This document shows positions 1 to 10,866 of a DNA stretch of 64,000 nt, piece after piece (position 1 is the first letter of the stretch; every line of letters starts with the position of its first letter). Origin of the DNA: Octopus sinensis (Eukaryota); NCBI RefSeq assembly GCF_006345805.1, contig NC_043000.1, forward strand, positions 155,062,001-155,126,000, given 5' to 3'. The notes beneath the pieces were generated by a model that was given only the letters and a program-made list of their open reading frames with translations, made no database searches and was not told where the DNA came from. The position numbers and the translations under genes were made by a program.

Positions 1-394
1 GTATGTATTTATTATGTATGTATGTATTAATGTATGTATGTAATGTATGTATGTATGTATGTATGTACGTATGTATGTATGTATGTATGTATGTATCATG
101 TATGTATGTGTGTGTGTGCGTATGTGTGTGTGTATGTGTGTATGTGTGTAGGGACGTAGGTAGATATTCATTCAGCTTTAATGAATATATTGTTTTGCTT
201 AATTATATTTCACCAGCGTGACACCAACAACCACACACGGACACGCACATATGTGTACGTACGTATGTACAATTATGTACAGACACATATATGTATACAC
301 ACACACACATATACATATATATATACGCATTATACGTTTATGTATGTATATGTGTGTTTGTATGTGTGTGTGTATGTGTGTGTGTATATATATC

Positions 395-428
<34 letters not shown>

Positions 429-512
429 TATATATACAAACACATATCTATACAACACATAATATATATACACACATATATATATACACACATGTGTACA
501 CACACGCACGCA
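1..512. repeat. Compound microsatellite (TATG)n/(TG)n/(TA)n/(CA)n
   Basis: Visible directly; explains the YI/CV/HT-repeat ORFs. Confidence 0.95.
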
Positions 513-539
513 CGCACACACATAGGGGTAGGAAGAGTT

Positions 540-1015
540 GTAAGAGGCACGGTGGTCGTGTTTTCGGCAACAACAGCAACAACAAACAACAAAAAGGAAA
601 ACAATGGTAACAGTAACAGCTGCGGCAACAAGACAGTGGCAGGGGTAGCAGAACTGAAACAAAGTAGTAGTAGTAGTAGTAGTAGTAGCGGTGGTAGTAG
701 TAGTAGTAGTAATGGTAGTGGTGGTGGCAGAGTGTTGGTAGTGGTGATTGCTGTAGAGGTGGCGGTAGTGATTGTTGTGACGATGAGTGGTGGTGCTGGT
801 GATGATGGTGATGATGATGGTGGTGGTAGTTGTGGTGGTTGTGGTGAGAGCAGCAGCTGTAGCAGTAGCGGTAAAAATTATCTGCAGCAGCAGCAACATC
901 AACAGCAGCAGCAGCAGCAACAGTGGCAGCAGTAATGGCCGCTAAAGCCATCAATCGATAAATCATAGCGAACGAACCGAGAAACGAAAGAACGAACGAA
1001 CGAACGAACGAACGA
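540..1015. repeat. Mixed trinucleotide low-complexity tract (AAC, AGT, GGT, GAT, CAG), then (CGAA)n
   Basis: Visible directly. Confidence 0.9.
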
Positions 1016-1204
1016 ACAATGAAAGCGAACAAAAGGAGTTGCTAGAGAGACTAGTACACGAGTGACGAGAGTATACTGGGTACAATTAAATCAGGGTATA
1101 CTGAATCAGTTAAATTGCATAGACTCTGCGCAGCGAATTGTCACCTCGATAGATATTACAGGAGAGGTCTTGGTCATAAGACAGGTTGTTCCATCGAAAG
1201 ACAG

Positions 1205-1260
1205 ACAGACTGACTGACCAAGAAGGCTGTTAGTGAGTCTGTTGGATTGCATGACGTCAA
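1205..1260 (-). promoter_or_regulatory. Candidate promoter: CRE palindrome plus initiator-like TCAGTC
   Basis: TGACGTCA at 1252-1259; minus-strand TCAGTCAGTC about 35-45 nt downstream, in unique sequence. Motif-only support. Confidence 0.2.
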
Positions 1261-1407
1261 TGACACACTGGCACATATCAGTACACTGTTTTCTCGACAG
1301 CTATTTACACTATTTCACACTTATCAAACCGACAACAGTCATTCGAATTGACGACATGCTCAACAGCGATTCACTGATTTACTGAAACCTACCTACACAC
1401 ACACACA

Positions 1408-1473
<66 letters not shown>

Positions 1474-1563
1474 CCTTATATAATTCCTTCACAATATTAA
1501 GAAAAAAAAAACTACGCCCCTACTTAGATACATACATTTATGCATACATGCATACGTGCGCAC

Positions 1564-1612
<49 letters not shown>

Positions 1613-1722
1613 CCTATCTATCTATCTACCTACCTACCTATCTATCTATCTATCTATATATCTATCTATCTACCTATCTATCTATCTATCTATCTATCTA
1701 TCTGTCTGTCTGTCTGTCTGTC

Positions 1723-1801
<79 letters not shown>
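1564..1801. repeat. (TATC)n / GATA tetranucleotide array
   Basis: Visible directly. Confidence 0.95.
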
Positions 1802-1802
<1 letters not shown>

Positions 1803-1995
1803 AGAAGCCCGTCGTATATATACACACACACACATATATGTTTGCGTGACTGTGTGTCGTTTAACAACCGACGTTAGCGTGCTTACGTTTTCGTAAACAA
1901 GCGGTTCGGCAAAAGGAACCGATAGAATAAGTTCTAGGCTTACAAAGAATAAGTCCTACAGTCAATTTGTTCGACTAAAGGCGGTCCTCCAGCAC
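1802..1995 (+). mobile_element. SINE-A, diverged 3' half
   Basis: Matches AAGAAGCCCGTCG..GCGGTTCGGCAAAA..GATAGAATAAG..CGACTAAAGGCGGT of the other copies. Confidence 0.8.
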
Positions 1996-2394
1996 GTGTA
2001 CTTAATATATATATATGTACATATGTATGTCTATATTATATATTTTATATATATATGAACAGTAAAAATGTGGCACGGACAGATGACGAAATATTATACA
2101 GAAGACAAAAGTACACAAAGGACGTGGATACGCTAATCCCCTCATCAGATATTGGTCAGAAGTCATCAGAGTTTCGAAGCCTAATCAATTTGGTGATTGG
2201 AGGTATGAATGAGCGATCATGTATATATATACATATATTTATATGTAAGTGAAGAAGTGTATACACACACACACATAGATATATAATCATAATTGAAGAT
2301 AGTGACAACTTCGTATGCATAAATAGTATGTGTGTGTGTGTGTGTGTGTGTGCGTGTGTGTGTGCGTGCGTGTGTGTATATACGTATGTATGAA

Positions 2395-2600
2395 TGTGAC
2401 CGCGTGTACCGTTGGCGATTTTTTCCTCCGTCTTCCCTTCCTTGTATCTTTCCTTTTCCTATGTTTCTGATGAAGAGCGCCGCTCGAAACGTTAAATCCT
2501 CCTTTCTTTCCTTTCCTGAGCGTCCAATAACACTATACTTGTTCCACGTACTCGCGCTGTTGTGTTTTCTCTTTGTATTTTCCTGTTTGGCTTAACTATA
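2395..2600 (+). mobile_element. Penelope-like-derived short repeat carrying a hammerhead motif (copy 1)
   Basis: Homologous to 42937-43095. Contains CTGATGAAGAGC-GCC-GCTCGAAACGTT, the usual pattern of Penelope pseudo-LTRs. Confidence 0.65.
2464..2497 (+). ncRNA. Minimal type I hammerhead ribozyme motif
   Basis: CUGAUGA (2467-2473), extra A, stem II GAGC/GCUC, GAAA (2486-2489), palindromic ACGU, GUU triplet, and a 3-4 bp stem I (UUU/AAA). Confidence 0.6.
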
Positions 2601-2697
2601 TATATATAAACTGTATTTATCTATGTGTGTGTATGTATGTATGTGTGTGTGAGTGCGTGTGTGCATGCGGGTGTGAGTGTTTTTTTGTGTGTGTAAC

Positions 2698-2762
<65 letters not shown>

Positions 2763-2911
2763 TTTTCTATATATCTGTCTGTCTATTTACGTAACTTTGT
2801 GTGTGCGCTGTGTGATTGTATGTTTTGGTTATTATGTGAATGAAGAATAAATCTCATGGATCATATGCTCGCATCTATTACACATCAAAATTATACAAAA
2901 AATTAAATATA

Positions 2912-3052
2912 GACGAATGCATAGCTGTGTGGTAAGAAGCTTGCGTCCCAACTCTATGGTTTTGGGTTCAGTTCTACTGCGTGACACATGTTCAGGTGTT
3001 CTCTACTATAGCCTCAGGTACTTGGTAGAAGGAAACTGAACGAAGCATATCG
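2912..3052 (+). mobile_element. SINE-A, old 5' half (tRNA-like head)
   Basis: AGCTGTGTGGTAAGAAGCTTGC..GGGTTCAGTTCTACTGCGTG..GGAAACTGAA. Confidence 0.75.
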
Positions 3053-3099
3053 TGTGTGCGCGTGTATATATATATATATAATATATATATATATGTGTG

Positions 3100-3131
<32 letters not shown>

Positions 3132-3155
3132 ATATATATATATATATTATATATA

Positions 3156-3199
<44 letters not shown>

Positions 3200-3216
3200 A
3201 TATATATGTATATATA

Positions 3217-3603
3217 TACTCTTTTACTCTTTTACTTGTTTCAGTCATTTGACTGCAGCCATGCTGGTGCACCGCCTTTAGTCGACGAAATCGACCCCGG
3301 GACTTATTCTTTGTAAGCCCAGTACTTATTCTAATTGACGGGGACGTAAACACACCAGCATCGGTTGTCAAGCAATGCTAGGGGGACAAACACAGACACA
3401 AACACATACACACACTTATATATATATATATACATATATACGACAGGCTTCTTTCAGTTTCCGTCTACCAAATCCACTCACAAGGCATTGGTCGGCCCGG
3501 GGCTATAGCAGAAGACACTTGCCCAAGATGCCACGCAGTGGGACTGAACCCGGAACCATGTGGTTGGTTAGCAAGCTACTTACCACACAGCCACTCCTGC
3601 GCC
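3217..3603 (-). mobile_element. SINE-A, full length
   Basis: Head GGCGCAGGAGTGGCTGTGTGG, B-box GGTTCAGTCC, internal (TA/TG)n, tail (AAAAGAGT)n. Confidence 0.9.
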
Positions 3604-5238
3604 TTATATATATATATGTATATATATAAAAAATAGTAAAAAGTGAAAAAACTACAGAAGGCTTGTTTTAAAAGGTTAAAAAATATATATTTGAGTCAAT
3701 ATGTCTGAAGAATGTTATAATTTTTTTTTCCTTACAATGACATAGTTTAGAAGAAATGACCGATTTCGCGTTCAGCTTTTCAAATTTCTTACATCGTTAT
3801 GTTTACGTGATGTAAGCAATTTTCCAGACGTATTCTACAGACATTTCCTTGATATTCATGCCATCAAAAGTGCAGTGACAAACATATACACACCTAACAG
3901 AACAGATGTAAAAGTAACGATGTAGAATGTTCAGCATTGACTACAACAAATAAAATTTATATTACAACATATGAGTGTCTTCTGTTATTGTTACATCTGT
4001 ACATTGTGTTTCTTTATTACGTAACTCGTCAGTAATGTGAATATTCAAAGACGTTCGAATAGTCAGAAATTTGAATCACTAATAACAGTATTATACTTGT
4101 GGTATGAGAATATATGCAGGAAGGACATTGTCATGATTTCGAAAGATCTAGGATTATATAATAAAACGAAAATAAAATTGAAAATGAGTCTTGTGATATT
4201 GTTCTAAAACCTCTAAGTTATCGTTCAATACAATGGAAACAATAGCCAATTCTGCTTCAAATCACAACATATTTGGAAAATGAAAAGACACATTGGACAA
4301 TGTGGTCCTAGATATACAAAATGACTGATGCTTGCACTTTAATGTATTTCATCACAGTTTTGTTCTAACATCAAAATACCATACTAAGAACAAAATAAAT
4401 AAAATTATCAGCTGCAACTGTTAAAGAACAAACTAAGAGTTTAACAATATTGGAATTTCTCAAAGCAAACATTTGGTCCCATATCTTCCTACTGGAGTTA
4501 GATACATAAAAATTCTTAAAGGATAATCCAGTTTTCCCTTTTAGTTAATCGGTTGTAGCTACAAATTTTTTCGTAAGCGTTCTCCGCAAACACAACCACA
4601 CAAAATTGATATATTTTTTAATGAATTTTATGGGTATAAAATGGGGGTGAACGTGAAATTCTGTAGTCTGATGCCTGGTTCGAAAACATGGATAAGGAAG
4701 GATTTTAAATGTAATTCTTGGAAAAAAAATGTTGCACATAGCGTTTAGTGTAGGTTTTAAATGATGAGGCTCTTTAAGGAGGATTAAAAGAAAGAAAGTT
4801 ATGCCGCATGAATTTGAACCGAGCTGATACGTTAGCAATCTCTTAGCAAAAAAGAACATTATACACGCGCTACAAAAAGACAAAGAGAAGAAGAGTTTGT
4901 TTGAGAGCTACTTTTTGTAGATATTTGTCCAAAGAATCATTTATCAGTTAATTCGACATTCTCAATGGGTGTAGTCTAAGATTTTTGTGTGCTGCTGCAG
5001 CGCTGTGTAAGATATTTTAACAACACTCAAACGTAGGGAGTACTAATTAGGTGCGTTTACATTTTCCGCGTAGAGGATTGATGCGAGATAGCATTGCAAG
5101 GGTTGCGACAGAGAAAGAAAGTGTATTGTTGATTCGTTTTTCAGAAAATAATCACTAAGTAACACTTAAAGTAACTTTGCTTTACGGATTATGCCAAAAA
5201 TTTTACTATTATTCTACGTATGAAGATTTAACCATTAA

Positions 5239-5703
5239 GAGATTATGGCCAAGAAATCAGTCACCATCGTATTTGGAGCGACATTTTTGTGTGAATCTGG
5301 ATTAGGTTCCCTTTTGTCAGTCATCACAAAATTTAGGAATCGCCTGAATCCACAAGGACATCAGAAGAACGTAAATCAGTATGGAAGTTCCACGTGTTGA
5401 TAAAATCAGGAATGAGAGCCGAGAAAAACGAAATTATTCAATTTTATGTTCATTTTCGAGAGTGATTTCACTATTGAGAGATTTTACTCATTACTCAAGT
5501 TACATTAGCATTTTTATGCCCTGAGTTAAAAGTCTAAGTTGTGAATTCAGTGTGTTCATCCTCAATACTAAATGGAGTTCAATTAAAAAGATGAATTAGT
5601 TATTAGAAATAAACTCTTTTTTAATCTTTGTCTGTGATACTATTTATATAGGGACTACAGAAATGTCCTGTATGGGACACATAGAAAATGTTGGGGATCA
5701 CTG
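5239..5703 (+). mobile_element. hAT (Buster/Charlie-type) transposon right end with decayed dimerization-domain codons
   Basis: From 5239 translates EIMAKKSVTIVFGATFLCESGLGSLLSVITKFRNRLNPQ, like the hAT PF.STYLCE.GFS..K.K.RNRL motif. Terminal GTTGGGGATCACTG at 5690-5703 is the reverse complement of CAGTGATCCCCAAC. Left end not found. Confidence 0.7.
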
Positions 5704-5802
5704 CACGAATCTTTTGCTGAGGATTAGGAACTAATCAGGATTGAAGTATATCCTGACTTGGAGAGAGAGAGAGAGAGAGAGGGCGGGGGAGAGAAAATGA
5801 GA

Positions 5803-6078
5803 GAAAGAAGCCTGTCGTATATATGTATATATATATGTATATATATGTATGTATGTGTGTTTGTGTGTCTGTGTTTGTCCCCCTAGCATTGCTTGACAAC
5901 CAATGCTGGTGTGTTTACGTCCCTGTCACTTAGCGGTTCGGCAAAAGAGACCGATAGAATAAGTACTGGGCTTACAACGAATAAGTCCCGGGGTCGATTT
6001 ACTCGACTAAAGGCAGTGCTCCAGCATGGCCGCAGTCAAATGACTGAAACAAGTAAAAGAGTAAAAGAGTAAAGAGTA
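5803..6078 (+). mobile_element. SINE-A, 3' half
   Basis: Near-identical to the 3' half of the other copies, with AAAAGAGT tail. Confidence 0.9.
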
Positions 6079-6129
6079 TAGTGTCGTAATAAAAGACTGT
6101 CATTTGAAGGTTTTATTTCTATGTTACGT

Positions 6130-6173
6130 TTAATGATTGTTTAATGATTGTTTAATGATTGTTTAATGATTGT
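6130..6173. repeat. Tandem repeat (TTAATGATTGT)x4
   Basis: Four exact 11-bp units. Confidence 0.9.
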
Positions 6174-6444
6174 TTATTGTATTATTCTCATGAAATCTTA
6201 AGCAGATTTAAGATTGCTGGGCTTGTTTCGGAGATTTTATCCAAGGAAAGAACTCTCACATCATAAAATCACAGCTTTTCACAGATTCAAAACAGTTATA
6301 CATTTTAGTTTTATCCTGACATGCCACTCAATTGGTATTTTAGAGGAGAAAGCAGGTGTACGAAAATCACATTGCTACAAAGGATTATTTCTGTCTCACT
6401 TCAATGGGATGAAGAGTTTGAGAAGCCTAATGAATTCCTCCTTA

Positions 6445-6893
<449 letters not shown>

Positions 6894-7311
6894 CAAATGC
6901 TTCATAGTTTCAAGGGATGTTAATGTCCTTCAGGTATGACAAACGGTGGAAAGTTATGCGAAAAGAGAAAGAAAAGAGGGGGGGAGTATTGACGTACCAA
7001 CATTTTCCCCAAGGACATTTTGTAATATAATTAAAGGGAAATATCTTTAAAGCGAAAAGCAAGACCAAATAGCGAATAGGTTTTCTTTTTTATCAGGAAC
7101 ATCCCTTTACTCGATAGTACTTTCGACGTAATGGCTATAATAATGTAAATAAACGACCGATGATAAATAAATGCCTTGAGTAACATGGAACGGCTGCAGA
7201 GTGCTGTCTAGCAATTAGTTCGACAAAACACAAGCCAACTGTGGAGAACAACTATAACAGAATGATGAATATACGAATAAAAAAAAACAAAAAAATGTAA
7301 TAATGAAGCAG

Positions 7312-7405
7312 GTATTATCATCATCATCGTCGTCGTCGTCATCATCTTCATCATCATCATCCTCATCATCCTCATCATCAATAACAACAACAAAAATAAC
7401 AGCGG

Positions 7406-7446
<41 letters not shown>

Positions 7447-7587
7447 GTAGTAGTAGTAGAAGTAGTAGTAGTAGTAGTAATAGTAGTAATAATAATGATA
7501 ATAATAATAGTAGTAGTAGTAGAAGTAGTAGTAGTAGTAGTAATAGTAGTAATAATATTAATAATAATAATAATAATAATGATGATG

Positions 7588-7675
<88 letters not shown>

Positions 7676-7680
7676 TAATA
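7312..7680. repeat. Trinucleotide tract (ATC)/(AAT)/(AGT)/(GAT)
   Basis: Visible directly; includes an internal block duplication. Confidence 0.9.
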
Positions 7681-7966
7681 TGCGGGCGACTACCAATCAG
7701 TTCTCAAAGCGCAGTCATAGAATACCGGATATTATAAGCAATTATATAGCCAATACAAGTATGAAAAATAAAAATAACAGCAAGGAATATAAGAGGAATA
7801 TGTGCATGCCATCTGGTTTACAATAGCCAAATTATATGCCTACATTTAACTACACATATACAGCGATGCATAGTATATATACGCATGCTCAAACGTTAAT
7901 GGATACATAAATGTATGAGCTCTTATAGCTATCAACATGTGTACTGTTATATATATGTACATATAT

Positions 7967-8043
<77 letters not shown>

Positions 8044-8343
8044 TCACTTATACGCGAACGTATACGGACATATGTATTGTGAGCGTGTGTGAGTATATTA
8101 ACGAGAGAGTGTGAGGAGGGGGGGACAAGCGAGGGAATTATTCAGCGAGAGTGAGTGAAAATAAATATATCAATGCACTGGCAAACATACAATCGGAAAA
8201 ATTAAGAAATTTATTGATTATATATATACATGCATATACACAGACAAGCATGCGCACACAAACGCACAAACACACGCATACATATATTCTGTTCTGCTAA
8301 ATTATTCATATGCATATATATTAAGTCTTGCATTTTATATATA

Positions 8344-8579
8344 TACTCTTTACTCTTTTACTCTTTTACTTGTTTCAGTCATTTGACTGCGGACATGCTG
8401 GAGCACCGCCTTTAGTCGAGTAAATCGACCCCGGGACTTATTCTTTGTAAGACCAGTACTTATTCTATCGGTCTCTTTTGCCGAACCGCTAAGTGACGTG
8501 GACGTAAACACACCAGCATCGGTTGTCAAGCAATGCAAGGGGGACAAACATAGACACACAAACACACATACGCATATAT

Positions 8580-8619
<40 letters not shown>

Positions 8620-8777
8620 CGACGGGCTTCTTTCAGTTTCCGTCTACCAAATCCACTCACAAGGCTTTGGTCGGCCCGGGGCTATAGCAGAAGACACTTG
8701 CCCAAGATGCCACGCAGTAGGACTGAACCCGGAACCATGTGGTTGGTTAGCAAGCTACTTACCACACAGCCACTCCT
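8344..8777 (-). mobile_element. SINE-A, near full length
   Basis: Same structure as 3217-3603. Confidence 0.9.
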
Positions 8778-8979
8778 TTGTTTTTGTGTTTCGAAACATG
8801 TAGTCCAAATAGTAGAACTAACGAAGACGGCTACACGTTCAGATTCTTTTCGGGACTTGAATACGAAGCAATATTTGTGTCTTCTGTGCTAAGCTAAATT
8901 TATACAAATAAAGAGTGGATGGTCAAGAAAATCTGACTGGAAACACTTCTCAAAAAATAAATGACTAGATAAATAAATA

Positions 8980-9393
8980 GGCGCAGGAGTGGCTGTGTGG
9001 TAAGTAGCTTGCTAACCAACCACATGGTTCCGGGTTCAGTCCTACTGCATGGCATCTTGGGCAAGTGTCTTCTGCTATAGCCCCGGGCCGAACAATGCCT
9101 TGTGAGTGGATTTGGTAGACGGAAACTGAAAGAAGCCTGTCGTATATATGTATATATATATATATGTGTGTGTGTGTATGTGTTTGTGTGTCTGTGTTTG
9201 TCCCCCTAGCATTGCTTGACAACCAATGCTGGTGTGTTTATGTCCCCGTCACTTAGCGGTTCGGCAAAAAGAGACCGATAGAATAAGTACTGGGCTTACA
9301 AAGAATAAGTCCTGGGGTCGATTTGCTCGACTAAAAGGCGGTGCTCCAGCATGGCCGCAGTCAAATGACTGAAACAAGTAAATAAATAAAAGA
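8980..9393 (+). mobile_element. SINE-A, full length
   Basis: A-box-like TGGCTGTGTGG 8990-9000, B-box GGTTCAGTCC 9033-9042, CORE-like CATCTTGGGCAAGTGTCTT, 3' stem-loop. Confidence 0.9.
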
Positions 9394-9494
9394 ATGTTAT
9401 AATGGTAGGTTTTAATTAAATGGGATGTATATACCATAAGATCTAGTTATATGGCATTTCACTTATATGGAAGTCTTATTAGAGAAACGTCAAA

Positions 9495-10071
9495 ATTATT
9501 TTCTAATCTTGGCACAGGGCCCGAAATTTTGGGTGAGGAGGGCAGTCGATTAGATCGACCCCAGTACGCAACTGGTTCTTAATTTATCGACCTAGAAAAT
9601 ATGAAAGGCGGAGCCGACCTCGGTGGAATTTGAACTCAGAACGTAAAGACAGACGAAATACCTATTTCTTTATTGCCCACAACGGGCTAAACATAGAGGG
9701 GACAAACAAGGACAGACAAACGGATTAAGTCGATTACATCGACCCCAGTGCGTAACTAGTACTTTATTTATCGACCCCGAAAGGATGAAAGGCAAAGTAT
9801 ACCTCGGCGGAATTTGAACTCACAACGTAGCGGCAGACGAAATACCTATTTCTTTACTACCCACAAGGGGCCAAACACAGAGAGAACAAACAAAGACAGA
9901 CAAACGGATTAAGGTGATTATATCGAACCCATTGCGTAACTGGTATTTAATTTATCGACCCCGAAAGGATAAAAAGGCAGAGTCGACCTCGGCGGAATTT
10001 GAACTCAGAACGTAACGGCAGACGAAATACGGCTACACATTTCGTCTGGCGTTCTAACGTTTCTGCCAGCT
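9495..10071 (-). mobile_element. SINE-B/C head-to-tail trimer
   Basis: One head (10071), two B-type units of about 184 bp and a terminal C-type unit. The junction GACGAAATA|CCTATTTCTT recurs at 9660 and 9844. Confidence 0.85.
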
Positions 10072-10590
10072 GGCAAAATTATGAAACGAATGTTAACTGT
10101 ACGTTGTACATATGTGCAGTGTTTGAAATGGCTATTATCTTTTGAAAATGTATTCTAAACACTTATATTTTAGTATATGAATATTATTGTAATATATTTT
10201 ATATGGAAACTCTCCTATGAACCACGAGAAATATATACAATAGGAGTATATTGAATATGACGTATATATTGTGAGATATTGGCGTCAGAGTAAGAGATTT
10301 TGTCTATAGGACATATCGTAACTACATTTATATTTTTTGTTAGTAATGCATGCTACATTAATTGTTCACAAAATATACTGCCTCTGGTAAATAAACTTTC
10401 ATCAAAACATATCCTGGCAATATAGATTCGTTGTAACAAGTCTATGTAACAAACGTATGTAATGTGTGTTTTTCTCAATGCATATATTAAAGCTTACTTT
10501 TTTAAAAAAACAGCTCCATTCTTTACACACACAACACAAACACACACACACGCACGCACATATGCATATACACACATACATGCATATATA

Positions 10591-10866
10591 TGGGAAACTA
10601 CCACCTGTGTCATCTCTTGTGAAAGGTAAGAGAGTCCAGTTTGCTGGACATTGTTGTAGAGCTGAAAAAGAGGTAATTTCTACTCTTCTCCTCTGGAAGC
10701 CATCTACTCGCAATACCAGAGGGCGCACACTCTCCTACCCTGATGTAAACTCCAGGGATACAGGCATCTAGCAACAGGACCTCCGTAATGCCATGATGGA
10801 CCGTGAAGTCTGGCGTAGCATGGTAAATTCCATTGTCTCGACTACGGTCGAACAATAATGAATGAT
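10591..10866 (+). mobile_element. RTE-clade LINE 3' end (5'-truncated)
   Basis: GKLPPVSSLVKGKRVQFAGHCCRAEKEVISTLLLWKP..DTGI*QQDLRNAMMDREVWR; 3' hairpin and (ATG)n tail. Confidence 0.8.

Noticed and set aside
291-1032. PolyS/G/Q (plus strand) and polyA/H (minus strand) ORFs as a host gene exon
   Set aside because: Overlapping frames on both strands are open because of trinucleotide repeats; no recognisable domain or clear splice sites.
4545-4883. 112-aa minus-strand ORF
   Set aside because: No recognisable motif; it lies next to a plus-strand hAT remnant.
8980-9050. SINE heads (A, B/C, D) as tRNA genes
   Set aside because: They have A/B boxes but no complete cloverleaf and continue into repeat bodies.
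9495-10071. Regularly spaced repeats as a CRISPR-like array
   Set aside because: The units are whole ~184-bp SINE bodies with no unique spacers; eukaryotic context and no cas genes.
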